From Candidatus Omnitrophota bacterium (lineage in GTDB: Bacteria > Omnitrophota > Gorgyraeia > Gygaellales > Profunditerraquicolaceae), in contig JBEKSD010000003.1 of assembly GCA_049517335.1 (NCBI GenBank), positions 45,553 through 109,552 of the forward strand: a stretch of 64,000 nucleotides of DNA. The letters run 5' to 3'. Shown here piece after piece: positions 1 through 9,012 of this stretch; the first letter of the stretch is position 1, and each line of letters begins with the position of its first letter. The notes below the pieces were generated by a model that saw nothing but the letters and a program-made list of their open reading frames with translations, made no database searches and was not told the DNA's origin. Position numbers and translations under genes: made by a program.

Positions 1-285
1 AATCAGCTTTAGGGCTTCTTTGACTGGCTGGCCGGATTTTATTCCAAGCTTCGTTGCGGCAGGTGTGCAGGAATTAATTTTGGCTTTTAAAGCATCCGAT
101 ATTGTGGCTACTCTCACTATCTTGGCGGCAGCGTCTCTAAATTTTTTAGCTACGCTTAAATTTAGATACCCGCACATAATATAACCTCTGCAGCCCTTCA
201 AAAGAACAAAATTTTTAGCCTGCAGATTAGTGGAAAAAGCTTCAATATACCTTGTGCCTATTTTGATTTTCTTATATTCTTTCAA
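1..285 (-). CDS. YunC/DUF1805 family protein (3' end runs off the window)
   Basis: Not in the ORF track. Manual translation from TTG at 285 gives MKEYKKIKIG...KGCRGYIMCGYLN...AAAKIVRVATISDALKAKI...LGIKSGQPVKEALKLI, carrying the family-typical GYIMCGYLN motif. Confidence 0.75.
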   Translation of the reverse strand, partial: MKEYKKIKIGTRYIEAFSTNLQAKNFVLLKGCRGYIMCGYLNLSVAKKFRDAAAKIVRVATISDALKAKINSCTPAATKLGIKSGQPVKEALKLI

Positions 286-293
286 CTTATGTC

Positions 294-1205
294 TTAATTT
301 TTGAAGTTATGCTGGGCTAAATATTTAAAAGCGCTAAGACAAGCTTTGGAGCCTTCCCCTGCGGCAATAATAATCTGTTTCTCCGGCACGTCGGTCACGT
401 CGCCTGTGGCAAAAACTCCGGGAATATTGGTTTCGTTATAACTATTCACTTTTATCTCGCCAAGTCGGTTTTTCTCTACGCCTGCGGCAAATTCGCTATT
501 TGGGATAAGCCCTATCTCTACAAAAACTCCCCCTACGCCCAAGGTTTCTTCTCTATCCTTACGCTTCACTTTAATCCCGCTTACAAATTTATCGCCCAAT
601 ATTTCAACTATCCGGCTGTTATTCCATATGCTAACCTTATCAGAGCTTTCAACCTTTTCTCTCATAATCGCATCTCCAACCAGCGAGGATTTTATATTTA
701 TCAAATAAACGTGCTTTGCGATCTTAATTAATTGTAAAGCTGCATCCAGCGCGGAATTCCCCCCACCGATAACCGCGACTTCCTTACCGGAAAAAAGCGG
801 GGCGTCGCATGTTGCGCAATAGGTAAGACCGCGGTTCCTGAATTCTTCTTCGCCTGCGACGTTAAGCTTCCGGGTCCTTTTTCCAGAAGCGATAATCAGG
901 CTTCGCGCTTCATATTTACTTTTACCGGTTATAACAGTAACTACATCATTTTCTTTTTTTAATTCAACAACTGTTTCATTTTCTCTTACCGGAATATTAT
1001 ACTTGCGCATATGCTCTTCAAATTTAAGCGCCAGTTCCGGCCCGGTAATAAACTGATAACCCGTGTAGTTCTCAATATCCCCGCTCCAGGCAGCCTGTCC
1101 GCCGATATCGCCCGTAATAACAAGCGCATTCAGCATTTTACGCGCCGCATAAACACTAGCGGTAATCCCTGCCGGACCTGCCCCTATAATTATTAAGTCA
1201 TACAT
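294..1205 (-). CDS. trxB: Thioredoxin-disulfide reductase (TrxB/AhpF C-terminal type)
   Basis: GAGPAG FAD motif, CATCD redox motif, GGGNSA NAD(P)H motif, GD near the C-terminus. Confidence 0.9.
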   Translation of the reverse strand: MYDLIIIGAGPAGITASVYAARKMLNALVITGDIGGQAAWSGDIENYTGYQFITGPELALKFEEHMRKYNIPVRENETVVELKKENDVVTVITGKSKYEARSLIIASGKRTRKLNVAGEEEFRNRGLTYCATCDAPLFSGKEVAVIGGGNSALDAALQLIKIAKHVYLINIKSSLVGDAIMREKVESSDKVSIWNNSRIVEILGDKFVSGIKVKRKDREETLGVGGVFVEIGLIPNSEFAAGVEKNRLGEIKVNSYNETNIPGVFATGDVTDVPEKQIIIAAGEGSKACLSAFKYLAQHNFKN

Positions 1206-1208
1206 ATT

Positions 1209-1442
1209 TTAGATACCAAGTGTCTGTTTTATCTTTTCTTTATCAAACCCCACAATAACCGTACCCTCTATGTCAAGCACCGGTACGCCCATCTGGCCGG
1301 ACTTCTTAGTCATTTCGTCGGCCTTTTCAGAATTCACTGAAACGTCATAATCCTGGTAAGGGACATTATTTTCTTTTAAAAACTGCTTCGTCCTTATACA
1401 CCACGGACAGGTAGGAGTGCTGTAAATCAAGACGTTCTTCAT
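1209..1442 (-). CDS. Glutaredoxin-like protein (NrdH/YruB type)
   Basis: CPWC active site and GVPV...IVGFD motif; 77 aa. Confidence 0.9.
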   Translation of the reverse strand: MKNVLIYSTPTCPWCIRTKQFLKENNVPYQDYDVSVNSEKADEMTKKSGQMGVPVLDIEGTVIVGFDKEKIKQTLGI

Positions 1443-1458
1443 AAGGTTCCCCCTTTTC

Positions 1459-1935
1459 TTAAAGTGCGCTTTTTAGCTCTATAAGTTTCTGCAAATGAAG
1501 CTGCTCTTGGGCGATAAGCTGGTCAACAAGAGCAACATTGCCCCCCATTACCACTTTTTTCATGCCTTCATAAAAAATAATCGAATCCTTTTCAAACCCG
1601 ATTCCCTTCTCAATTGCTTCCTTTTCGCTTTTTATCTTCTTTGCTACTTCTGAGCCTTTGCCCGCTTGAGTAAAAACATACTCCCCGGCCAGGGTTTTCA
1701 TATAACTAAGATATTCCCCGGGATAACTTTCCACCGGTTCATAATTTTCTACCGTAGAAAGAATCTGCTCAAATACTTTTATATGTTTTTTTTCTTCCCC
1801 GGCAAGGTAGCGGAATACCTCTTTGGCTTTTTTATGCTTAGACTGTTCATCCAAGGCGCGGTAAAAATCCCTGCCGTTTTTCTCAATCTGTATCCCGATC
1901 CCGACTATTTCGCTGCCGGAAAAAATATTTACCAT
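1459..1935 (-). CDS. Ferritin-like/rubrerythrin-family diiron protein
   Basis: Paired E...FY...ExxH motifs (IEKNGRDFY...EEKKH; FEKDSIIFY...EQLH). Confidence 0.85.
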   Translation of the reverse strand: MVNIFSGSEIVGIGIQIEKNGRDFYRALDEQSKHKKAKEVFRYLAGEEKKHIKVFEQILSTVENYEPVESYPGEYLSYMKTLAGEYVFTQAGKGSEVAKKIKSEKEAIEKGIGFEKDSIIFYEGMKKVVMGGNVALVDQLIAQEQLHLQKLIELKSAL

Positions 1936-1959
1936 TGTTTTCTCCTCTTTTCAGTTTTT

Positions 1960-2418
1960 TTATTTCAAGGGCGGCGGCGTAAGGTTTACTGCTTCTTCCA
2001 CCTCAACCTCGAGCAAATACTCCGGTTTTGGAAGCATGGCCTCGGGATGACGAGAATGCCCTTTTTCATCACGAATATTCTTAAGCAGGCGCTGGGTAAG
2101 ACGACTGGTAATCCGGTCCTCCCAAGCCTTGATAATCTCAGGTCTCAATTCTTCCGGAGGCATAATTCTCCCCTTGCCTTTTAAACAATAGCCGGTAAAT
2201 TTATGCTCGTTTATCGCAGAAATACTCACATAGTGATTATGCAACAGGTTTTCATAAGTCCTTGCGCAATAAACATCCAGTAGATAAACCCTGCCGTTAT
2301 TCTTAATATCGACTATCCCCTTGCATGAAATATGGGGATAGCCGTTCTTATCAATGGTAGCAATAACGACAAATCCCTGATTTTGGAAAAAGTGCATTAT
2401 CTCTTCGCTTAATTTCAT
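1960..2418 (-). CDS. Pyridoxamine 5'-phosphate oxidase-like FMN-binding protein
   Basis: VIATIDKNGYPH...RTYENL split-barrel signature. Confidence 0.8.
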   Translation of the reverse strand: MKLSEEIMHFFQNQGFVVIATIDKNGYPHISCKGIVDIKNNGRVYLLDVYCARTYENLLHNHYVSISAINEHKFTGYCLKGKGRIMPPEELRPEIIKAWEDRITSRLTQRLLKNIRDEKGHSRHPEAMLPKPEYLLEVEVEEAVNLTPPPLK

Positions 2419-3605
2419 TTATTTATTTTTGACGCAAAGCTGCGCCCGAATTCAAAGCAGGCCTTCAAATCAGCTTCTGCGGGAGCATATTTTATCCCGA
2501 GTCCCGGCTGGAATACTTCAAGCCCTGCCTTTTTCAATAACTCTTCTATTTCTGCGACCGCTCCTCCTGCCCAGCCAAACGAACCAAAAGCTGCAGCCAG
2601 GCGCTCCTTTACCTTGAATCCTTTTACAAGCTCCAAAAATGCGGCAATATTCGGAAGTATATCATTATCATGAGTGGAAGAACCGAAAAGGAAACCTTTA
2701 GCGCTAAGCATATCCTTAACCACTTCCGTCCTGTCGGTTGAGGCGATATCATAAATTTTCGCGCTCACCCCTTCGCTTACAATACCTTCCAGTATCTTGC
2801 GGGACATTTCTTTTGTTGCTCCCCACATTGTCTCATAAACAATGATAATTTTAGGCTCTGTTACATTTTTTGCCCAATTCAGGTAAGCATTGATGATTTT
2901 TGCCGGCTCCTTCCTCCAGATAACCCCGTGGCTGGGCGCAATTATCTTAATAGGAATGTTCATTTTATGGACTTCTTCAATCTTACGCAGGATTACCGAA
3001 CCCAAAGGCCACAGTATATTGGCGTAATATTTTTCCGCCTCATCCATGAGCGCGCAACTGTCTACTTCATCGTCAAAACGCTCTACTGTCGCGTAATGCT
3101 GACCAAAAGCATCGTTAGGCATAAGAAGCGCATCTTGCGGGCAATAGGTAAACATGCTGTCCGGCCAATGGATCATCGGTGCTTCAATAAACTTTAAGGT
3201 TCGCTTTCCTAATTTTAATTCATCTCCGGTTTTAACTACCTGAAAATCCCAATTCTGGTAATAATGCCGATATAAACCCTCCTTGCACTTGGCAGTGCCG
3301 ATAACTTTTGCCTTAGGGATTAACTTCATCAACTCAGGAAGCGCTCCGGAGTGGTCGGTCTCAACGTGGTTAGCTATAACATAATCTATTTTCTCAATTG
3401 GGATAATCTGCCTGATATTCTCAATAAGCTCATGGCCAAAACTTCCCAGTACCGTATCCACTAAAGCGGTCTTTTCATCCAGTATCAGGTAGGAATTATA
3501 CGTAGTTCCTCTGTTCGTGGTGTAGGTGTGGCCGTGGAAATTGCGCACATCCCAGTCTATGGCTCCCACCGAATAAATATCAGGAATTATTTTCAAATTA
3601 GGCAT
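2415..3605 (-). CDS. fprA: A-type flavodiiron protein (O2/NO reductase)
   Basis: NHVETDH, HWPD, DAFGQH and PSHG metallo-beta-lactamase motifs followed by a flavodoxin domain (YETMWGAT, GSFGWAGG). Confidence 0.93.
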   Translation of the reverse strand: MPNLKIIPDIYSVGAIDWDVRNFHGHTYTTNRGTTYNSYLILDEKTALVDTVLGSFGHELIENIRQIIPIEKIDYVIANHVETDHSGALPELMKLIPKAKVIGTAKCKEGLYRHYYQNWDFQVVKTGDELKLGKRTLKFIEAPMIHWPDSMFTYCPQDALLMPNDAFGQHYATVERFDDEVDSCALMDEAEKYYANILWPLGSVILRKIEEVHKMNIPIKIIAPSHGVIWRKEPAKIINAYLNWAKNVTEPKIIIVYETMWGATKEMSRKILEGIVSEGVSAKIYDIASTDRTEVVKDMLSAKGFLFGSSTHDNDILPNIAAFLELVKGFKVKERLAAAFGSFGWAGGAVAEIEELLKKAGLEVFQPGLGIKYAPAEADLKACFEFGRSFASKINK

Positions 3606-3635
3606 TTAATCATCCCCCCCCCCTACTCCGTCTAT

Positions 3636-3794
3636 TTATATCTTTTCGAATTGGTCCTTTGGTACTCCGCACTCAGGGCAAACCCAGCTATCGGGAAGTT
3701 TTTCAAAAGGCGTGCCGGGTTGTATGTCTTGGGTTGAATCCCCTATTGCGGGATCATAAATATATCCGCAAACTGTGCACCTGTATTTATCCAT
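3636..3794 (-). CDS. Rubredoxin
   Basis: Not in the ORF track (52 aa): [19 protein letters not shown]...[27 protein letters not shown]; GGAGG RBS upstream. Confidence 0.95.
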   Translation of the reverse strand: MDKYRCTVCGYIYDPAIGDSTQDIQPGTPFEKLPDSWVCPECGVPKDQFEKI

Positions 3795-3807
3795 TAAGAC
3801 CTCCTTA

Positions 3808-4320
3808 TTATTTATGGGTAAAAAGCCCGGTTAGCTGCGCTTCTTCTATTACGTGACCTGCTATCGCTTCCGTAAACGCCCGGTTATCCGGCGGCGATTT
3901 AAATTTCAATTCGGTATCGAGGGCAAATATCTTAAATATATAGCGGTGTGTCCCCGAGGGCGGGCAGGGGCCGTGGTAAGCATTGTCTCCCGCGCTGTTT
4001 ACTCCCTGATCGCCCGGCACACTTGCCTCTGTTATACGCGAAAGGGACGGGATATTATAAACAATCCAGTGCGTCCATAATCCTGCTGGCGCATCAGGGT
4101 CAACCACAAGCAAAGCAAGCGTCTTGGTATTGGCAGGTATATCTTTGATGGACAACTCGGGGCTTAGATCATCGCCCCGACAGGAAAATCTTTGGGGTAT
4201 ATATTCATTATTGCCGAAAGAAGGGCTGGTTAATTTCATATTCGCGCTCCAGGCTAAATTAATAAAAAAAATTCCACTTAAAAAACTTAGGAGCAAAAAA
4301 GAAACTACGGGCTTATCCAT
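3808..4320 (-). CDS. YbhB/YbcL family PEBP (Raf kinase inhibitor-like) protein, secreted
   Basis: Signal peptide; DPDAP, WTHW and [11 protein letters not shown] motifs. Confidence 0.9.
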   Translation of the reverse strand: MDKPVVSFLLLSFLSGIFFINLAWSANMKLTSPSFGNNEYIPQRFSCRGDDLSPELSIKDIPANTKTLALLVVDPDAPAGLWTHWIVYNIPSLSRITEASVPGDQGVNSAGDNAYHGPCPPSGTHRYIFKIFALDTELKFKSPPDNRAFTEAIAGHVIEEAQLTGLFTHK

Positions 4321-4604
4321 TTTTGGATATTATAAACCCGCGTATTTACTTTGTCACCTTTTATTTCGGAAGGAAGGTCTCTTTTTAATTGAAGCCATTT
4401 TCCTTCGCCTATGCACTGGCGCGCGCTCGCGCACCAATCCACACAGGCGGACAATCTTTCTCTTGCGGTCCATATACCGCAAGAGGGGCATTTAAGCTTA
4501 ATTTCATCAGAAAATATCTCAATCAAATACCCGCAGTTATAACAACTTAACGTTTCTATCTTAATATTTCTTTTATCCTGCCCCGGGCATTTATTTATCA
4601 GCAT
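4305..4604 (-). CDS. Small Cys-rich metal-binding protein
   Basis: Start reassigned to ATG at 4604, overlapping the rrf2 stop. CPG...CxxC...CxxC...CxxWC...C, 8 Cys. Confidence 0.65.
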   Translation of the reverse strand: MLINKCPGQDKRNIKIETLSCYNCGYLIEIFSDEIKLKCPSCGIWTARERLSACVDWCASARQCIGEGKWLQLKRDLPSEIKGDKVNTRVYNIQKWISP

Positions 4605-5008
4605 TATTCCCGCTTTCCAAGAGAAGCGATTGTTATTAAACTCAATTCTTTTTTTACTATCTTCTCTATTCTTCCCAATTTTGCGCTTAAAGCGCATACC
4701 TTAACCGAAGGGCAGACTTTTGCCCTAAAAATACATTCATTGAGTTTCAACGGGCCTTGAAATATCTCCGCCAGTTTCACAAGATAAATCTTTACCGGTG
4801 CGACTTTAAGAGAAAAACCTCCACCCTGGCCTCTATGGGATTTAAGTATGCCTTCCTTATTTAAAACCTGCAATATCTTCCTTAAAAACGGCCCCGGCAT
4901 CTTCAATTCTTTAATCATCCTTGAAACAGGGACAATTTTATCTTTTTGTTTGGCGATGTAGCATACCGCCCTTAAGGCGTAATCCGTATCCCTGGTAATT
5001 AATTTCAT
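4604..5008 (-). CDS. Rrf2 family transcriptional regulator (Fe-S binding)
   Basis: TDYALRA, wHTH, SHRGQGGGF and three C-terminal Cys (ECIFRAKVCPSVKVC). Confidence 0.92.
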   Translation of the reverse strand: MKLITRDTDYALRAVCYIAKQKDKIVPVSRMIKELKMPGPFLRKILQVLNKEGILKSHRGQGGGFSLKVAPVKIYLVKLAEIFQGPLKLNECIFRAKVCPSVKVCALSAKLGRIEKIVKKELSLITIASLGKRE

Positions 5009-5022
5009 CTTTCTCCTTTTTT

Positions 5023-5069
5023 TTAGGGACGTTTTTCAAGCGAGGTTAAAGCTTGAAAAACGTCCCTAA
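5023..5069. repeat. Perfect 19-bp inverted repeat (hairpin) in the rrf2 leader
   Basis: TTAGGGACGTTTTTCAAGC-N9-GCTTGAAAAACGTCCCTAA. Confidence 0.85.
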
Positions 5070-5094
5070 TTTTAAGGCAGTTTAGAGTCGTACC

Positions 5095-5166
5095 TTAGGA
5101 CACTTTACTGCAGCCCTCCTTACAATGGGCTACCGGGCGAAGCATATATTTTACGGTTATATCCAT
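5095..5166 (-). CDS. Putative 23-aa leader peptide MDITVKYMLRPVAHCKEGCSKVS
   Basis: Strong AAGGAGG RBS about 7 nt before the ATG; first ORF after the promoter. Confidence 0.4.
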   Translation of the reverse strand: MDITVKYMLRPVAHCKEGCSKVS

Positions 5167-5187
5167 TCTAGCCCTCCTTTTGGATTA

Positions 5188-5215
5188 AAGATACCATATT
5201 AGTATCATTTGTCAA
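5188..5215 (-). promoter_or_regulatory. Sigma70-type promoter of the rrf2 operon with an overlapping palindromic operator
   Basis: TTGACA-16-TATCTT (TG-extended); GATAC-N7-GTATC palindrome at 5190-5206. Confidence 0.6.
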
Positions 5216-5263
5216 GAAAAATTTTTCTTGTAATTCGGCACTTTAACAATATAATTATGACTA

Positions 5264-5947
5264 ATGAATAGAATTGCTTTAATAATAACTATATTGGCCG
5301 TGAATTTAGTCGCTGCCGGCAGTGCTTTCGCTGCTTCTGAACCTGCGGCAATAACCTTTCCGGAGCAAGCCCAAGCCTTTGCTGAAGAAGTCGCGCAAGG
5401 TAAACCTAAAGAAACCGACGTAACTGTTGTAAAAGAAGAAAAATGCTTAATCGGTATTGAATTCCTTTCCGGTTACGGCCGGGCAAACAAAATCAGGCGT
5501 AAAGAAGACATAAAAGAGATCCCTTTCATGGTTGATTTTGACCTTAACCTTAAACCTTTATTAAAAAAAATTAATTTAAATCCCCCTGTATTAGCACAAT
5601 TCCAGATTGAGCCTTTCGTTACCGACATATATGAGCCGGTTAATGAGAACATTGAGGGAGGACTGGCTTTTTGGTTCAAATTTGGCCTGCTTCCGGAATC
5701 CTTCAAAATACAGCCCTATGCAAAATTCGGAGCCGGCTTTGATTATATGACTCTACATACTATCAATCAAGCCACCCAATTTAATTTTATTTCGCAGCTC
5801 GCCTGTGGCGTGCATTACTTCTTCCTGAAAAATACCGCGCTTACTATTGAAGGCCACTACCGCCACCTTTCTAACGCAGGGATAAAAGAACCTAACCGCG
5901 GGATAAACACATATTTTATTCTCGGCGGGCTTACCTGGCGGTACTAA
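5264..5947 (+). CDS. Lipid A 3-O-deacylase (PagL)/acyloxyacyl hydrolase family outer-membrane protein
   Basis: Signal peptide; FNF...YRHLSNAGIKEPNRGIN catalytic His-Ser motif; aromatic C-terminus. Confidence 0.85.
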   Translation: MNRIALIITILAVNLVAAGSAFAASEPAAITFPEQAQAFAEEVAQGKPKETDVTVVKEEKCLIGIEFLSGYGRANKIRRKEDIKEIPFMVDFDLNLKPLLKKINLNPPVLAQFQIEPFVTDIYEPVNENIEGGLAFWFKFGLLPESFKIQPYAKFGAGFDYMTLHTINQATQFNFISQLACGVHYFFLKNTALTIEGHYRHLSNAGIKEPNRGINTYFILGGLTWRY

Positions 5948-6327
5948 TTCATACTTACCAAAACTATTCCGGTTATAATAAGGAAAGTCCCCAGCCATCG
6001 TTTTGAGCCCACTTTTTCCTTTAGGATAAACTTTGAGACAAGGGCAATGAGGATATAGTGCATGCTATCGGCTGAGAAGGCAAAACTAAGGTCAGCCTTG
6101 GAAAGCACGAAAAGCCAGATACAAAGGGATAGAACGGTAAAGCAAAACCCGATCCAGATACGGGGAATAACAATAAGTTTGATAATGAACCTGAATATCT
6201 TCTTTATGCTAAAGGCCACAGGAAGTTCCATGGAATTTATTGCGGACTTTAGGAATAACTGATTTATCGTATCACAGATACTGGTGAGCATAATCAGGAA
6301 AAGAATAAAAATGAGCCCTGGCTGCAT
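5944..6327 (-). CDS. EamA/SMR (ArnE/ArnF-like) small transporter subunit
   Basis: 4 TM segments; LSKADLSFA...LKEKV...RWLG. Confidence 0.8.
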   Translation of the reverse strand: MQPGLIFILFLIMLTSICDTINQLFLKSAINSMELPVAFSIKKIFRFIIKLIVIPRIWIGFCFTVLSLCIWLFVLSKADLSFAFSADSMHYILIALVSKFILKEKVGSKRWLGTFLIITGIVLVSMN

Positions 6328-6328
6328 A

Positions 6329-6736
6329 TTAAAGGACCCCTTTCTCTTCCGTACTTAGCGAAACAAAAATAACGCCCGTAAGTATCAGTAATATCCCTAG
6401 CCACCTGAGTAAGCCTATCTGTTCATGAAGGAAGATTATAGAAACTACCGGGACGAGGATATAGCTAAAGCTTGCTATCGGGACAGCGACGCTTAAATCA
6501 ATCTTGGAAAGAATCGTTGACCAGATAACAAAGGTAAGGAATACCGATAAGAAAGCAATCCAGAGATAAGGAGAAAGAGAGACAGTCTTAAGAAATATAA
6601 TAAGCTCGGAAAAACTGGATATTCCAAGCCTGTCCGCGTTTAGTGCGCTTTTTTTAAAACAAAAGTTCGTAAATGTTTCCAGAAAATCGGAGAATATTAA
6701 AAACGATAATATTGTAATAGTCAGTTTTTTCTTCAA
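6329..6736 (-). CDS. EamA/SMR (ArnE/ArnF-like) small transporter subunit
   Basis: 4 TM segments; LSKIDLSVAVP...FLHEQI...RWLG. Confidence 0.8.
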   Translation of the reverse strand: MKKKLTITILSFLIFSDFLETFTNFCFKKSALNADRLGISSFSELIIFLKTVSLSPYLWIAFLSVFLTFVIWSTILSKIDLSVAVPIASFSYILVPVVSIIFLHEQIGLLRWLGILLILTGVIFVSLSTEEKGVL

Positions 6737-6802
6737 CGCTTCTCCTTACTCCTTGAATTTCAGAGTATTTTAGCATAAAATAGAAAAAAGGCTAATTATA
6801 AT

Positions 6803-8017
6803 ATGAGTATTCTTAAAGAAATCCCTCCTACCGCAGGTTTCCCTTTACGCTTAAAAGATATCTATTTTGCGCTAGCGGTAGCCAACCACAAGGACCTGCT
6901 TGAAGAAGATTTTAAGCATTACCTTAAAACCCCTTATGCCCGTGTCACCTATTCGGGAACCGCGGCTTTTTATTTTATCTTAGAATCCTTAAAAAAATTA
7001 TCCGGTAAAAAAACTGTGGTCATCCCTGCTTTTATCTGCCCCCTTGTAGCGCTAGCAATTATTAAAGCCGGGCTGAAAGTTAAAATTTGCGATATAGATA
7101 AGGATGGTTTTGATTATAATTACAGACGCCTGGAAAGCCTGTGTAGAAATGACCCTGATATACTGGCGGTTGTGGCTACGCACTTGGCCGGTATTCCGGT
7201 TGACCTCGATAGAATAGCCAAAATAGCGCAGGAGAATAATGTTTTTGTCATTGAAGATTGCGCCCAAAGCTTGGGCGCTGAATACAAGAATCAAAAAGTA
7301 GGAACGTACGGAGATTTCGCTTTCTTCAGCCTCTGCCGGGGCAAGGGGCTGACAATATATGAAGGCGGAATAACGGTAACTAAAAATGCGGGATACGCGC
7401 AGCTGCTTAATAATACTATTGACCGCCTGGAAGATAACAATTTTTTTTCAGAGGCTCTCAAAATACTGGAGCTTTTTGGTTACTGGATTTTTTACCGCCC
7501 CACTCTTTTCTGGTTCGTATTCCGCCTGCCCCAGCTTTATTGGAGGCATAAGAAAAATGCGGTACGCGCAGCAGGAGATTACTTTGATGCGCATCTTCTT
7601 CTGCACCGGGTTTCAGCTTTCCGGAAATCATTAGGTCATGTAACATTTAACCGGCTCAATAGACAAATTTTAGAGCAGAGAGAGAAAGCGACGCACTATA
7701 TAAATAAATTCAAAAATGCCCCCGGCATAAGAGTAATTACCGAGGCGGCTGAAGGCAAAGCTACCTACCCTTTCATTACCCTGATATTTGACGATCCCGC
7801 AAGGCGGGCACAGGCATTAAAAAGACTGGAACATTCTGGAATGGGCGGCTCAATAATTTACCTTAAGGCCATTACCGATTACGAATATTTAAAGAATATA
7901 ATCCCCAGCACTACCTGCCCCAACGCTCAAAACCTTGCTAACCGCCACCTCACCCTTTCCACCAGCACTTTTCTGGACAAAAAATCAATAGAGAATATTA
8001 ATACTCTTCATTTTTAA
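6803..8017 (+). CDS. DegT/DnrJ/EryC1/StrS family PLP aminotransferase
   Basis: SGTAA, VIEDCAQSLGA and FSLCRGKGLTIYEGG (PLP Lys). Confidence 0.85.
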   Translation: MSILKEIPPTAGFPLRLKDIYFALAVANHKDLLEEDFKHYLKTPYARVTYSGTAAFYFILESLKKLSGKKTVVIPAFICPLVALAIIKAGLKVKICDIDKDGFDYNYRRLESLCRNDPDILAVVATHLAGIPVDLDRIAKIAQENNVFVIEDCAQSLGAEYKNQKVGTYGDFAFFSLCRGKGLTIYEGGITVTKNAGYAQLLNNTIDRLEDNNFFSEALKILELFGYWIFYRPTLFWFVFRLPQLYWRHKKNAVRAAGDYFDAHLLLHRVSAFRKSLGHVTFNRLNRQILEQREKATHYINKFKNAPGIRVITEAAEGKATYPFITLIFDDPARRAQALKRLEHSGMGGSIIYLKAITDYEYLKNIIPSTTCPNAQNLANRHLTLSTSTFLDKKSIENINTLHF

Positions 8018-8072
8018 ACGGCTGACTTGGTTTGATTCGAGCGGTGCTGCGAAAGGTAAGACTTGGCAGACG

Positions 8073-8999
8073 CTAAATTAATACTTCTAAGATTCTAAGG
8101 TTGGTTGTTTCGTTGATAGAGGTGACCATAGACTCAGGAAGTTTTTCCGCAGCAATATTTCTAGGATGATCCAAGCGAGAAATAACGGCTTTAAATTTAT
8201 TGGCGAAAGAGGGCTTTGAATAATCCCCGCAAATATCCATACCGATGATCTCACAGTTATCCTTGATTATTTTCAGCATAACCAGCAACTCATCCAGAGA
8301 AAACTTCCCTTCTTCCCAATTGGTAAGACTATCTTCATTCTTCAGGCAATCCTTATCCAGCGAAACATAGGCGTTTTTAACCGGAAGGCTCCTGACCAGT
8401 GATAAAAATAATTCCGGAATATTTTTGTCTTTAAGCTCGCTCCAGAATATCTTACTTAAAAGAAAGTTTCCTTCTCTTCTAAAAGAATTATTCTCGGGAA
8501 TCTTTTCCAAAAATACCCGTGTCGGTTCATGCAGGTAAGGATAAATTTCAAGCCGGCTAGCCTTTAAAGAAACAAAATTACCGCTCTGGATTGACCATGT
8601 TGATATATCGGATGAGGAAACGCCGATTAAGAGACATTTTGAGAGGGCCTTATTGCGCAAGGCTTCAGTCACCCATGACCCGCAGCCGTAACGGGGAGGA
8701 AGAATATCCCAATCAGGATGGTGATCAAAAACAATCAAAGAAAAAGGTTCTCGGAATTGCCGGGTAAGGATGCCTGAGATATGATGGAAGTCGCCCGACC
8801 CCGTAAAGGTAACTGCATTTTCGGTTTCCGGAAGCAGGCGGGCGGCAATCTCATCCTTTAAAGCGCTGTTCATCCATAACCTTACTTTTGGGCCGATTTT
8901 TTCCAAGTCAATGATTTGGGCGGGATATCGCAGGAGGATCCTTTTCTGCTTTATTAAGCTGTCGTCAAAATTAAGGATACGGATGGATTTATTTAACAT
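8073..8999 (-). CDS. Arginase/ureohydrolase-fold protein
   Basis: GSGDFHH, FDHHPD and SLDKD metal-binding motifs. Confidence 0.75.
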   Translation of the reverse strand: MLNKSIRILNFDDSLIKQKRILLRYPAQIIDLEKIGPKVRLWMNSALKDEIAARLLPETENAVTFTGSGDFHHISGILTRQFREPFSLIVFDHHPDWDILPPRYGCGSWVTEALRNKALSKCLLIGVSSSDISTWSIQSGNFVSLKASRLEIYPYLHEPTRVFLEKIPENNSFRREGNFLLSKIFWSELKDKNIPELFLSLVRSLPVKNAYVSLDKDCLKNEDSLTNWEEGKFSLDELLVMLKIIKDNCEIIGMDICGDYSKPSFANKFKAVISRLDHPRNIAAEKLPESMVTSINETTNLRILEVLI

Positions 9000-9012
9000 A
9001 GGGGGGCCTTAC

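Noticed and set aside
294-1442. Selenocysteine recoding in the redox operon
   Set aside because: The active sites are Cys-encoded (CATC, CPWC) and there are no in-frame TGA codons.
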